Shown: piece after piece, positions 1-10,362 of the stretch
How positions within the stretch are numbered: the stretch's first letter is position 1
Layout of the letters: each line of letters starts with the position of its first letter
Source of the DNA: Panacagrimonas sp.
Lineage (GTDB): Bacteria; Pseudomonadota; Gammaproteobacteria; Nevskiales; Nevskiaceae
Direction of reading: 5' to 3'
DNA length: 32,089 nt
Assembly: GCA_021773655.1 (NCBI GenBank)
Contig: JAJFJX010000441.1
Span: 1 to 32,089, forward strand
Notes under the pieces: model-generated
The model's database searches: none
Told to the model about the DNA's origin: nothing
What the model saw: the letters and a program-made list of their open reading frames with translations, nothing else
Program-made: the position numbers and the translations under genes

Positions 1-135
1 GCGCTGGAGCGCAACTACCGCCGCATGCCGGCCGGTTTCGCCGCCGGCCTGGGCGAGCTGTTTGCCCGCCTGATGCGACGGCTGAATCCGGTCAGGGCGA
101 GGAGAGAGCGTCGTGCGCCGTTTGTCCCCCGTTGA
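1..135 (+). CDS. 3' end of an unidentified upstream gene (partial)
   Basis: Frame 1 reads ALERNYRRMPAGFAAGLGELFARLMRRLNPVRARRERRAPFVPR* with strongly G/C-ending codons and TGA at 133-135. It overlaps the next start. Too short to identify. Confidence 0.55.
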   Translation, partial: ALERNYRRMPAGFAAGLGELFARLMRRLNPVRARRERRAPFVPR

Positions 136-1465
136 TATGGCCTTCCTGCGCCTGGAGCGGCGCCATCAGCCGTTGCACGTCGGTGCGCTGGCCCTGTTTT
201 CGCCGCCGCCGGGGTCGACGCCGGACTTCGCGGCGCGACTGGCCGAACGGCTGAACCAGTCGCAACTTGCGCGATCGCCGTTCGACCGCCGGCCACTGTC
301 GCGCTTCGGCAGGTTTTACTGGGAGGACGATCCGCATTTCGACCTGGCGCATCATTTCGTGCACCTGGCCCTGCCCCGGCCGGGGCGCATCCGCGAGCTG
401 CTGGCGATGGTGTCGCGGGTGCACAGCGCGCATCTGGACCGCGCCTACCCGCTGTGGCGCGTGTACCTGATCGAAGGGCTGGAAGACGGCCGTATCGCCA
501 CCTACATGAAGATCCACCATTCGGTGGTCGACGGCGTCTCCGGTATCCGCCTGCTGATCAAGTCGATGGCCGACGATGCCCGGGTCTCGGCGCAGATGCC
601 GCCGACCTGGGAGGTCGGCAGCGGTGAGCAGTCCACGCCGGTGCTGGCCAAGGCGCTGTCCGGACTGGAGAAGCTCAAGGTGCAGGCGGCGTCGATCCCA
701 CCGGTGGTGCGGCAACTGCGCGAAACCCTGCGCGACGCGCGCATCCATCATCCGGATCTGGTGACCTCGCTGCGTGCGCCGCGCAGCATCCTCAATCAGC
801 GCATCACCGCCTCGCGACGTTTCGCTGCGCAGTCCTATTCCACCGGGCGCATCAAGGCGGTCGGCCAGGCGCTGGGCGCCACCACCAACGACGTCGTGCT
901 GGCGATGTGCGCCGGCGCCCTGCGACGTTATCTGACCGATCTGGGCGCCTTGCCCGAACGGCCGCTGGTGGCCGGCGTGCCGGTGTCGCTGCACCGTGAT
1001 CGCGAGCAGGCGCAGCCGGGCAACGAGATCGCCTTCATGCTGGTCAATCTGGCCACGCACCTGGACGATCCGCTGCAGCGCTTTGCCGCCATCAAGGCGT
1101 CGGTGGACTACAGCAAGGCGCGCTTTGCCTGCATGAGCCAGGCCGAACTGCTGGCCTACTCGCTGGCCATGCTGGCGCCGGGCGTGGCCCGGCTCGTCGG
1201 CGGCTGGGAGAACATGCCGATCAACGTGGTGATCTCGCACGTGCCCGGTCCGCGCCAGCCCATGTACTGGCAGGGCTGCCAGCTCGACGGCCTGTACCCG
1301 GTGTCACTGCTGCTGGACGGGCTGGCGCTCAACATCACCCTGGTCAGCCGCCAGGACAAGGTGGATTTCGGCCTGATCGCCTGTCGCCGCACCCTGCCGT
1401 CGGTGCAGCGCCTGCTGGATCACCTGCAGGAAGCGCTCGAAGCACTGGAGGCGGCCGTGGCCTGA
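113..1465 (+). CDS. Wax ester synthase / diacylglycerol acyltransferase (WS/DGAT family)
   Basis: N-terminal LSPVDMAFL..E...PLHVG, catalytic HHxxxDG motif (KIHHSVVDG), TTNDVVLAMCAGALRRY and NVVISHVPGP. SD-like AGGAG before GTG 113. Confidence 0.95.
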   Translation: MRRLSPVDMAFLRLERRHQPLHVGALALFSPPPGSTPDFAARLAERLNQSQLARSPFDRRPLSRFGRFYWEDDPHFDLAHHFVHLALPRPGRIRELLAMVSRVHSAHLDRAYPLWRVYLIEGLEDGRIATYMKIHHSVVDGVSGIRLLIKSMADDARVSAQMPPTWEVGSGEQSTPVLAKALSGLEKLKVQAASIPPVVRQLRETLRDARIHHPDLVTSLRAPRSILNQRITASRRFAAQSYSTGRIKAVGQALGATTNDVVLAMCAGALRRYLTDLGALPERPLVAGVPVSLHRDREQAQPGNEIAFMLVNLATHLDDPLQRFAAIKASVDYSKARFACMSQAELLAYSLAMLAPGVARLVGGWENMPINVVISHVPGPRQPMYWQGCQLDGLYPVSLLLDGLALNITLVSRQDKVDFGLIACRRTLPSVQRLLDHLQEALEALEAAVA

Positions 1466-1484
1466 GTCCTAGGAAGGGGAGGAA

Positions 1485-1513
1485 GGAACCTCGAACGCCG
1501 CAAAAGCCTCTAT
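1485..1513 (+). promoter_or_regulatory. Possible ECF sigma (RpoE/AlgU-like) promoter
   Basis: GGAACCT-N17-TCTAT resembles the GAACTT-N16/17-TCtaa consensus, about 30 bp upstream of the DUF4124 start. The match is imperfect. Confidence 0.25.
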
Positions 1514-1542
1514 GCTTGCGTCATGCGCGCAGGTGAACTGCC

Positions 1543-2103
1543 ATGAAAACACGCTACGGCCGGCGATCACCGGCCCCGATCCTGGCCCTGCTGTGCCTGT
1601 GTCTGTGCCTGCCGGCGCGGGCCGAGGTCTATCGCTATGTCGACCCACAGGGCGTGGTCCATTACACCGACCAGCCGCCGAGCAAGGACGCCCGACCGGC
1701 CAAGCTGCCGCCGCTGCAGGTGATCGGCCCGCCGCCGGGCCCCCCGGCGGACCGCGGCGCCGATGCCGATGCCCGGCCGAAGGCGCCTCAGGCGCCGGTG
1801 GAACTGCGCATCACCGCCCCGGCCCCCGAGCAGACCTTCCGCGGCGATGACCGGCGCCTGATGGTCAACGTGGCGCTGGACCGCCCGCTGCCCGAGGGAT
1901 ACGGCCTGCTCTACATGCTCGACGGCAGCCCGCAGAACACGCAGGCCACCCGGACACTGAGCTATGTGCTCGAAGGGGTGGAGCGCGGCGAACACCTGGT
2001 CAGCGTCGCTGCGGTCGACGCCCGGGGGCGCGAGGTGGCGCGCGCCGCTCCGGTGATCGTGCACATGAAACCGCCGACGGTGAGCCTGACCCGGGACCGT
2101 TGA
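1543..2103 (+). CDS. Exported DUF4124-domain protein with C-terminal Ig-like domain
   Basis: Signal peptide ending ARA, then EVYRYVDPQGVVHYTDQPP (DUF4124 signature), a Pro-rich linker and a beta-rich domain (ITAP..GEH). Such genes often lie just upstream of ntrB in Gammaproteobacteria. Confidence 0.85.
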   Translation: MKTRYGRRSPAPILALLCLCLCLPARAEVYRYVDPQGVVHYTDQPPSKDARPAKLPPLQVIGPPPGPPADRGADADARPKAPQAPVELRITAPAPEQTFRGDDRRLMVNVALDRPLPEGYGLLYMLDGSPQNTQATRTLSYVLEGVERGEHLVSVAAVDARGREVARAAPVIVHMKPPTVSLTRDR

Positions 2104-2152
2104 TTCCGGGTTGCAGCAGCAGGGACGTGAGAGGGTCCAGCGAGATCGATCC

Positions 2153-2167
2153 GCACACCCGCGGTGC
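2153..2167. promoter_or_regulatory. Putative NtrC binding site 1
   Basis: GCAC-ACCCGCG-GTGC matches the GCAC-N7-GTGC NtrC core, upstream of ntrB. Confidence 0.6.
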
Positions 2168-2181
2168 GCCGAGCGGATGAC

Positions 2182-2196
2182 GCACCAAGACAGTGC
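2182..2196. promoter_or_regulatory. Putative NtrC binding site 2
   Basis: GCAC-CAAGACA-GTGC matches GCAC-N7-GTGC with a GCACCA half-site, 29 bp downstream of site 1. Confidence 0.75.
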
Positions 2197-2236
2197 CTCA
2201 ATGTGCCCTATGCGCTAGCCTGCCTGCCACTTTCCG

Positions 2237-2252
2237 TGGCGCAGGTTTTGCG
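2237..2252 (+). promoter_or_regulatory. Sigma54 (-24/-12) promoter of ntrBC
   Basis: TGGCGCAGGTTTTGCG: GG at 2238-2239 and GC at 2250-2251 with an exact 10-nt spacer and TTGC, downstream of two NtrC boxes. Confidence 0.75.
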
Positions 2253-2264
2253 TTGGCCCCTCGC

Positions 2265-3347
2265 ATGAAATTCGTCCCTCGCACCCGGGTTGCTCCCGAC
2301 GTGGTGCTCGACGGCCTGACCACGGCCATCGTGTGCCTGGATGTCAGGCTTGCCGTGGCCTCCATCAACTCCGCGGGCGAAAGCCTGTTCGAAGTCAGCC
2401 GCCGTCACTCGGTCGGCGAACCGCTGGCGCAGGCCATCCCGCTGTTCGGCGGCTGCATCGAACGTTTGTACCGCGCGCTGGATTCGGGTACCGGTTTCAT
2501 CGATCGCGAAATGACGCTGCATCAGTCTGGCGAGCGGCCCATCACCCTGGACTGCACCGTCACGCCCATTCTGCTGGGCAAGTCCACCGGGCTGGTCATG
2601 GAGTGTCTGGCACTGGACCGTCACCTGCGCATCTCGCGTGACGAGCTGATGCTGGCCCAGCACCAGGCCTCGCGCGAACTGATCCGCGGGCTGGCGCACG
2701 AGATCAAGAATCCACTGGGCGGGATCCGCGGCGCGGCGCAGCTGCTCGAACAGGACTTTCCCGACAACACGCACCGCGAATACACCGGCGTGATCATCCG
2801 CGAGGCCGATCGCCTGCAGAATCTGGTCAACCGCATGCTCGGGCCCAACCGCCTGCCGCAGATGGCGCCGGTCAACATCCACGAGGTGCTCGAACACGTG
2901 CGCCAGTTGTGCGAGGCCGAGGCCGGCGGCGACCTGGTCCTGCTGCGCGACTACGATCCGTCCATACCCGAGCTGACCGCCGATCGCGAGCAGCTCATCC
3001 AGGCCGTGCTCAACGTGGTGCGCAATGCCATGCAGGCCATTGCCGGCAGCGGCATGGAAGGCACGGTGGTCCTGCGCAGTCGCACCCGACGCCAGTTCAC
3101 CATTGGCGGCGCGCGCTTCCGGCTGGTGATCCAGATCGACATCGAAGACAACGGTCCGGGCATTCCGCCGACGCTGATCGACCGAATCTTCTATCCCATG
3201 GTCACCACCCGTGCCGATGGCACGGGCCTGGGTCTGCCCATGGCGCAGTCCCTCATCCATGCGCACGGAGGCCTGGTGGAATGCCGCTCGCGCCCCGGCT
3301 GCACGGTGTTCTCCATGTACCTGCCGCTCGACGGCGAGACGGCCTGA
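2265..3347 (+). CDS. glnL: Nitrogen regulation sensor kinase NtrB (NRII)
   Basis: PAS domain, H-box GLAHEIKNPLGGIRGAAQLL, DYDPSIP, N-box LNVVRNA, DNGPG and GTGLGL. Start placed at ATG 2265 because the track's start at 2193 overlaps the NtrC box and promoter; GTG 2301 is an alternative. Confidence 0.95.
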   Translation: MKFVPRTRVAPDVVLDGLTTAIVCLDVRLAVASINSAGESLFEVSRRHSVGEPLAQAIPLFGGCIERLYRALDSGTGFIDREMTLHQSGERPITLDCTVTPILLGKSTGLVMECLALDRHLRISRDELMLAQHQASRELIRGLAHEIKNPLGGIRGAAQLLEQDFPDNTHREYTGVIIREADRLQNLVNRMLGPNRLPQMAPVNIHEVLEHVRQLCEAEAGGDLVLLRDYDPSIPELTADREQLIQAVLNVVRNAMQAIAGSGMEGTVVLRSRTRRQFTIGGARFRLVIQIDIEDNGPGIPPTLIDRIFYPMVTTRADGTGLGLPMAQSLIHAHGGLVECRSRPGCTVFSMYLPLDGETA

Positions 3348-3360
3348 CCGCAAACCGAAC

Positions 3361-4941
<1,581 letters not shown>

Positions 4942-5000
4942 GCCGAAGCGTGCGGCGCCCCACGGTCGTCCAGTCAGAGTCCGCCGTCGTCGCCGAATCC

Positions 5001-5105
5001 CGTCATTCCGGGGCGTCGGCGGGCGAACCCGGAATCCAGCGGCGATGTCTGCCGGGGCCGCGGGGCATCCCGGAGAATTGCTGCCGGATTCCGCGCCGAC
5101 GCGGA
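5001..5105. repeat. REP/RIME-like paired palindromic element between convergent genes
   Basis: GTCATTCCGGG...CCCGGAATCCAG hairpin (ATTCCGGG 5005-5012 pairs with CCCGGAAT 5028-5035), plus a partner GGATTCCGCG-CCGA-CGCGGA hairpin at about 5086-5105. Resembles the GTCATTCC..GGAATCCAG dispersed repeats of Proteobacteria. Confidence 0.65.
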
Positions 5106-5681
5106 TCAGTTCTTGCGCAGCGCTTCGATCTGGATCTCGATCATCGCCTTGCCGAGTTCATGGGTCGGTGCGCCGTACTTCATGCCGAAATCCCAGCGGT
5201 TGAACTCGCCCTCGGCATCGGCGCCACAGACTTCCACCTTGAGCATGGGATGTTCGATGCACTTGAAGCTCCGGATGTCCAGCTTCACGGGCTTGGTGAC
5301 GCCGAGCATGGTCAGCTCGCCCTTGACCTCGTCGGGCTCGCCGTCGTCGAATCCAATGGTGCCCTTGTAGGTGATCTCGGGATATTTCCCGACGTGGAAA
5401 AAATCCTCTTTGAGCGCGTGCTCGTTCATCTTGTCGTGGCCAAAGTCGACGCTGGCGGCGTCGATGGTGATGTCCACCGTGCCGGTCTGCGCTTCGCGGT
5501 CCAGCACTACGGTGCCGGCGGACTTGTTGAACTTGCCACGCCAGTACGAGATGCCCAGGTGCTGGGCCTTGAAGCTGGGATAGGTGTGACCCGGCTCGAC
5601 GGTGTAGGTGACCGGCGCTGCCGGAACGCTGCCGGCGTATCCGGCGGCGATCAGGGCGGTGACGAGGAGGGTGCGGCGCAT
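5106..5681 (-). CDS. yceI: YceI family periplasmic lipid/polyisoprenoid-binding protein
   Basis: Signal peptide, YTVEPGHTYPSF, HLGISYWRGKF, DFFHVGKYPEITY, GELTMLGVTKPV and NRWDFGM. Confidence 0.93.
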   Translation of the reverse strand: MRRTLLVTALIAAGYAGSVPAAPVTYTVEPGHTYPSFKAQHLGISYWRGKFNKSAGTVVLDREAQTGTVDITIDAASVDFGHDKMNEHALKEDFFHVGKYPEITYKGTIGFDDGEPDEVKGELTMLGVTKPVKLDIRSFKCIEHPMLKVEVCGADAEGEFNRWDFGMKYGAPTHELGKAMIEIQIEALRKN

Positions 5682-5723
5682 GGAGGATCCTTTGGTATTG
5701 GGTACAGGTATCAGGGTGGCAGA

Positions 5724-6278
5724 TCAGGATGAGGATGCGGGGACGACGATGTTGAACCTGACGGTGACCTGATCTTCCAGCACTTCGTCCCACTCGGCAT
5801 CGCCGATCGAGAACGCCTTGCGCGAGATCGGCAGGCTGCCGCTGAAATGACGCTGCCCGGCCTGCGTCCTGACCGTGATTTCCGAACTGACCGTCGCGGT
5901 CCGGCCCTTGAGCGTCAGGGTGCCGGTGGCCTTGAAGCGATCCTCGCCCAAAGGCTGGATCGCGGTGGACTCGAAGACCGCCACGGGGTGTGCGTCGCTG
6001 TCCAGCCATTCGGCCTTGCGCACCTCGGCGTTGTACTCCTCGTCACCGATGTCGAAGCTGGCGGTCCGGATCTGCAATCTCGCCGCGCCCTGTTCCGGCG
6101 CGGCGGGGTCGTAGCCTACCTGGCCGGAGAACGCACGAAAATCCGCATCGACGTCGACGCCCATCTGGGTGAAAGTGGCGCGGATGTGGCTCTTGCCGGC
6201 ATCTACCGGCACCGAGGCGGTGGCCCATACGGCGGTGGCGATGGCCAGTGCGGCCCCGCTGAGGATGCGTCGGATCAT
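5724..6278 (-). CDS. YceI family protein (second paralog)
   Basis: Signal peptide MIRRILSGAALA.., KSHIRATFTQMGV, EWLDSDAHPVAVF, GTLTLKG and ISRKAFSIG. Start ATG 6278 overlaps the cytochrome b stop (ATGA). Confidence 0.9.
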   Translation of the reverse strand: MIRRILSGAALAIATAVWATASVPVDAGKSHIRATFTQMGVDVDADFRAFSGQVGYDPAAPEQGAARLQIRTASFDIGDEEYNAEVRKAEWLDSDAHPVAVFESTAIQPLGEDRFKATGTLTLKGRTATVSSEITVRTQAGQRHFSGSLPISRKAFSIGDAEWDEVLEDQVTVRFNIVVPASSS

Positions 6279-6838
6279 GAGCTGTGTTGTTCCTTGCGCC
6301 GCCCGAACCACATGCGGCCCAGCGTGCGGTCCTTGTCGATGAACTGATGTTTGAGGGCGCCGGCGATGTGCGCGCCCACGGTCAAGACCAGCGCCCACCC
6401 CAGGAGTTCATGAACGGTCTTGAACAGATCGGCCAGTTCCTTGTTCTTGCCGACCAGATCCGGCAGCGGCACCACGCCGAAATACTTCACCTGAAAGCCG
6501 CTGGCCGAACTGAACAGCCAGCCGCTCAGCGGCAGCATGAACATCAGCAAGTACAGCGAAAGGTGGGCGGAGGCCGCCAGGCGCTGCTGCCACAGCGGAT
6601 GCTGCGGATTGGGCGGCGGCGGTGCATGCGTCACCCGCCACGCCACTCGCAGGCAGACCAGCAGCAAGACCGTGATGCCGATCCACTTGTGCCAGGAATA
6701 GAACCTGAGCTTGTCCGGCGACATCTTCAGGTCGACCATGTAGCTGCCCAGGGTCAGGCCGGAAAAAATCAACAGGGCAATCAGCCAGTGCAGCGCGACG
6801 GCCACGCCGCCGTAACGCAGGGTCAGGTGTTCACGCAT
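6275..6838 (-). CDS. Cytochrome b561 (YceJ/CybB-like)
   Basis: Four TM helices with the heme His motifs ALHWLIA, WHKWIG, AHLSLY, VHELL and AHIAGALKH. Classic pairing with yceI. Confidence 0.93.
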   Translation of the reverse strand: MREHLTLRYGGVAVALHWLIALLIFSGLTLGSYMVDLKMSPDKLRFYSWHKWIGITVLLLVCLRVAWRVTHAPPPPNPQHPLWQQRLAASAHLSLYLLMFMLPLSGWLFSSASGFQVKYFGVVPLPDLVGKNKELADLFKTVHELLGWALVLTVGAHIAGALKHQFIDKDRTLGRMWFGRRKEQHSS

Positions 6839-6874
6839 GTGCGCCAGCGCCTCCGGGGCATCTGATCGGCAGGA

Positions 6875-8872
6875 TCATGGCGCCGACCACCCGCAGGTCC
6901 TGCCCTGGTTCTGCTCCTCCAGATAGGTCTTGAGAGGGGCGAAATAATCAAGGATGGCCGAGGCGTCCATGCTGCGCGTGCCGGTCAGCTTTTCCAGCGT
7001 GTCGGGCCAGGGCTGCGAGGCGCCCTGCGCCAGCATCTCCAGAAAGCGCTCGCCGGCCTCGGCGTTTCCATAGGTGTCGCACTCGTGCAGCGGGCCGTCG
7101 AAGCCGGCGGCGTCGCACAGCGCTTTCTGGAACTGGAACTGCAGGATGAACGCCAGAAAGTAGCGCGTGTACGGCGTGTTGCCGGGAATGTGGTACTTGG
7201 CGCCGGGGTCGAAGTCGTCTTCTGATCGCGGGTTCGGCGGTGCCACCCCCTGGTACCTGGCGCGCAGATTCCACCAGCCTGCGTTGTACTGCTCCGGCGC
7301 GATCTCGCCGGAAAACACCTGCCAGCGCCACTGGTCGACCAGCTTGCCCCACGGCAGGAAGACGATCTTGTCCAGCGCCTGCTTCATCTGCGAATTGATG
7401 GTGGCCTGCTCGCTCACCGTCACGTCGTCCACCAGGCCGACGGTCTTCAGGTGCGCCGGGGTCAGGCTCAAGGTAATGGTGTCGCCGATGGCCTCGTGGA
7501 AGCCGTCGTGCGCGCCGGTCTGGAACAACGGCGGCAGGTGGTTGTAGGCCAGGTAGTAGTAGACGTGCCCCAATTCGTGATGAATGGTGGTCAGGTGTTC
7601 CTCGCTGGGCTCGATGCACTGCTTGATGCGCACGTCGCCTTGCAGATTCATGTCCCAGGCGCTGGCGTGGCAGACCACGTCGCGGTCGCGCGGCTGCACC
7701 AGCAGCGACTTGCTCCAGAAAGAATCGGGCAGCTTGGGAAAGCCCAGCGAGACGTAGAAGTCCTCGGCCATGCGGGTCATCGCCACCGCCTGGGCGGCGT
7801 CGGCCTGGTGCTCCATCTCGGCCAGGTCGACCGGCGACGGTTTGCCCTTGAACTCGGCCAGCAGCCTGCGGTACCCGGCGTCGCGCTGTGCACGCAGCAC
7901 GCTGGAGACCTCCGGGGTGCCGTGGCCGGGGTAGGGCTCGATCAGCGGATAGAGATTGCCCCATTGCTGTGCCCACATGTTGCCGAGCAGGTGGGCGGGA
8001 ATCAGGCCCTCGGCCGGCACCACTTCGTCGCCGTACCTGGCGTTGAGCTTGTGCCGCACCAGGCAGTGCAGTTGCTCGTAGAGCGGTTCGACCTGGTGCC
8101 ACAGGCGTTCGACTTCGGCCTCGAAATCGGCAGGGCTCATGTCGTATCCCCCGCGCCACAGCTCTCCGGTATCGGCATAGCCGAGTTCGCGCGCGCCCTG
8201 GTTCATCAGCTCGGCAAAGCGCTGGTAGTCGTCGCGGATCGGCCGCGAGGTTCGATGCCAGGCGTTCCAGGCGGCTTCGATCTGCTGCGCGCTGTGGTCT
8301 TGCCCGACATTGTCGATGATCTTCTCGATCGCCTGCAGTTTCAGACATTCCTCCTGGCCGTCGTCGTTGGGCCGGCACCACTGTCCGGCGCCGTAGTGCG
8401 CCTCCATGCTCGCCGACAGCCGCGCAAGTTCGGCGCGCAGCTCCGGGTCCGACGGCGCCGGCATGGTCAGTCCCAGTTTGATGCGCTCTATGGCGCGGGC
8501 GGTCTGCGGCGCCAGGCTGGCGACATCGTCGAATCGCTTGGCGGCCTCGGCCTTGCCGGACTCGAAGGCGAGGTATTCCTCGGTGGCGGCCGACGCCAGC
8601 ATCTGGCTGTCCGGGCTGATGTAGGTCTGCGCCAGCCAGTGTGCCGCGGACAGGCGCGCGGAATTCTCGCGCAGGAAGGTGTTGTAGTCCTCGACAAAGC
8701 CATCGGCCTCGACCGCGGTCGGCAAAGTGGAAGGGGAAGGGGTGGCGCCTGCAGCCATCGGCGCGGCATCGGGTGTGTCTGCCGGTGCGGGTTCCGGCGC
8801 CGGCGTTTCGGTACGACCGCAGGCGGTCACGATCAGCGTCGCCAGCAGGGCCGGCCCCAGGGTGTTCTTCAT
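6875..8872 (-). CDS. M2 family peptidyl-dipeptidase A (ACE-like zinc metallopeptidase), lipoprotein
   Basis: HHELGH zinc motif, GFHEAIGD, AHLLGNMWAQQW, VVCHASAW and FDPGAKYHIP. Lipobox LIVTAC after ATG 8872, which overlaps the POT gene stop (ATGA). Confidence 0.95.
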   Translation of the reverse strand: MKNTLGPALLATLIVTACGRTETPAPEPAPADTPDAAPMAAGATPSPSTLPTAVEADGFVEDYNTFLRENSARLSAAHWLAQTYISPDSQMLASAATEEYLAFESGKAEAAKRFDDVASLAPQTARAIERIKLGLTMPAPSDPELRAELARLSASMEAHYGAGQWCRPNDDGQEECLKLQAIEKIIDNVGQDHSAQQIEAAWNAWHRTSRPIRDDYQRFAELMNQGARELGYADTGELWRGGYDMSPADFEAEVERLWHQVEPLYEQLHCLVRHKLNARYGDEVVPAEGLIPAHLLGNMWAQQWGNLYPLIEPYPGHGTPEVSSVLRAQRDAGYRRLLAEFKGKPSPVDLAEMEHQADAAQAVAMTRMAEDFYVSLGFPKLPDSFWSKSLLVQPRDRDVVCHASAWDMNLQGDVRIKQCIEPSEEHLTTIHHELGHVYYYLAYNHLPPLFQTGAHDGFHEAIGDTITLSLTPAHLKTVGLVDDVTVSEQATINSQMKQALDKIVFLPWGKLVDQWRWQVFSGEIAPEQYNAGWWNLRARYQGVAPPNPRSEDDFDPGAKYHIPGNTPYTRYFLAFILQFQFQKALCDAAGFDGPLHECDTYGNAEAGERFLEMLAQGASQPWPDTLEKLTGTRSMDASAILDYFAPLKTYLEEQNQGRTCGWSAP

Positions 8873-10362
8873 CGCAGGTTTCCCATCCAACGTCTGATGT
8901 AAGGCGACGCCAGCCACAGCAGCAGCCCGGCGCCGGCGGTGGTCAAGAAGATCAGCAGGAAGCGGTCCGGCATCTGCGCCACGCTGGTTTCGTCGGCCAG
9001 GTGCCCGGCCGCCAGCCCGGCGATCAGATTGCCCAGTGCGGAGGCCGTGAACCAGGTGCCGAGCATCTGGCCGACATAACGCGCCGGCGCCAGCTTGGTC
9101 ACCGCCGACAGGCCCACCGGCGACAGGCATAACTCGCCGGTGGTGTGCAGCAGGTACGTCAGGATCAGCCAGGTCGGCGCCACCTTGTCACCCTGCACCA
9201 CGAAGCCGGCTGCCACATAGAGCACCAGGAAGCCCAGGCCCATCTGCACCAGGCCCAGGGACATCTTCACCGGCAGGGACGGATCCAGATTGCGCCGTCC
9301 CAGGTTGATCCACAGCGCGGCGAAGAATGGCGACAGCAGGATGATGAACAGCGGGTTGACCGCCTGCAGCCAGGACGCCGGCATCTCCCAGCCGAACACA
9401 CTGCGATCGGTGTGGGTCTGCGCAAACAGATTGAGACTGGACCCGGCCTGATCGAAGCCGCTCCAGAAGATGGCCGCGGCAACGAAGAACACCGCGATCA
9501 CGCCGACCTTGCGCTGTTCGTCACGGCTCAGGCCACCGGCGAGCAGCACGTAGCCGAAGTAGGCCGTGGCGATCAGCACGATGGCGATGCCGGTGCCCTG
9601 CGCCACGCGCACCGCGTCGATCGACAGCACGCCGCTCAGTGCCAGCAGGGTCAGCGTGACCAGGCCGGCCAGAAACACTGCCACCACCCCCCAGCCGCGA
9701 CGGTGCACCGTCCTGTCATGCGCCGCGTCGCCGCTGCGCGCGGGGTGCAGGCCCGCTTTGCCGAGGTGGGCGCCGAAGATGCGGTACTGGATCAGCCCCA
9801 GCACCATGAAAACGCCGGCCGCGCCGAAGCCCCAGTGCCAGCCGATCTTCTCGCCCAGAAAGCCGCACAGCAGCTGGCCGGCAAAGGCGCCGATGTTGAT
9901 GCCCATGTAGAACAGCGAAAAGCCGGCGTCGCGCCGCGCACCGACGTCGTCGCGGTACAACTGCCCGACCAGCGCGCTGATGTTGGGCTTGAGCAGGCCG
10001 GTGCCCAGCGCGATCAGGATCAGGCCGACGAAGAACAGCGGCGGCCAGTTCAGCGCCATGCTGAAATGACCGGCGGCGATGATGCAGCCGCCCCAGAACA
10101 CCGCGCGCTGCTGGCCGATCAGGCGGTCGGCGATCCACCCGCCGGGCAGCGCCGCCAGATACACCGCGGCGTTGTACATGCCGTAGATGGCGGTGGCCTC
10201 GGTGACGGACAGGCCCAGCCCGGGATTGCCCGAATCCACCGCCGCCACCATCGCCAGCACCAGGATGGCGCGCATCCCGTAGTACGAAAAGCGCTCCCAC
10301 ATCTCGGTGAAGAACAGCGTGGCGAGGCCGCGCGGGTGTCCGGCCCAGGTTGGCTCGCTCAT
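8869..10362 (-). CDS. POT/PTR family proton-dependent di/tripeptide transporter
   Basis: GHPRGL, EMWERFSYYGMR (ExxERFxYY), GGWIADR, GTGLLKPN, FYMGINIG and GELCLSPVG. Start taken at ATG 10362. Confidence 0.95.
   Translation of the reverse strand: MSEPTWAGHPRGLATLFFTEMWERFSYYGMRAILVLAMVAAVDSGNPGLGLSVTEATAIYGMYNAAVYLAALPGGWIADRLIGQQRAVFWGGCIIAAGHFSMALNWPPLFFVGLILIALGTGLLKPNISALVGQLYRDDVGARRDAGFSLFYMGINIGAFAGQLLCGFLGEKIGWHWGFGAAGVFMVLGLIQYRIFGAHLGKAGLHPARSGDAAHDRTVHRRGWGVVAVFLAGLVTLTLLALSGVLSIDAVRVAQGTGIAIVLIATAYFGYVLLAGGLSRDEQRKVGVIAVFFVAAAIFWSGFDQAGSSLNLFAQTHTDRSVFGWEMPASWLQAVNPLFIILLSPFFAALWINLGRRNLDPSLPVKMSLGLVQMGLGFLVLYVAAGFVVQGDKVAPTWLILTYLLHTTGELCLSPVGLSAVTKLAPARYVGQMLGTWFTASALGNLIAGLAAGHLADETSVAQMPDRFLLIFLTTAGAGLLLWLASPYIRRWMGNLR

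Noticed and set aside
6875-8872. Recent transfer of a eukaryotic ACE gene
   Set aside because: Host-like codon usage, a bacterial lipobox and operon coupling. Bacterial M2 peptidases are already known.
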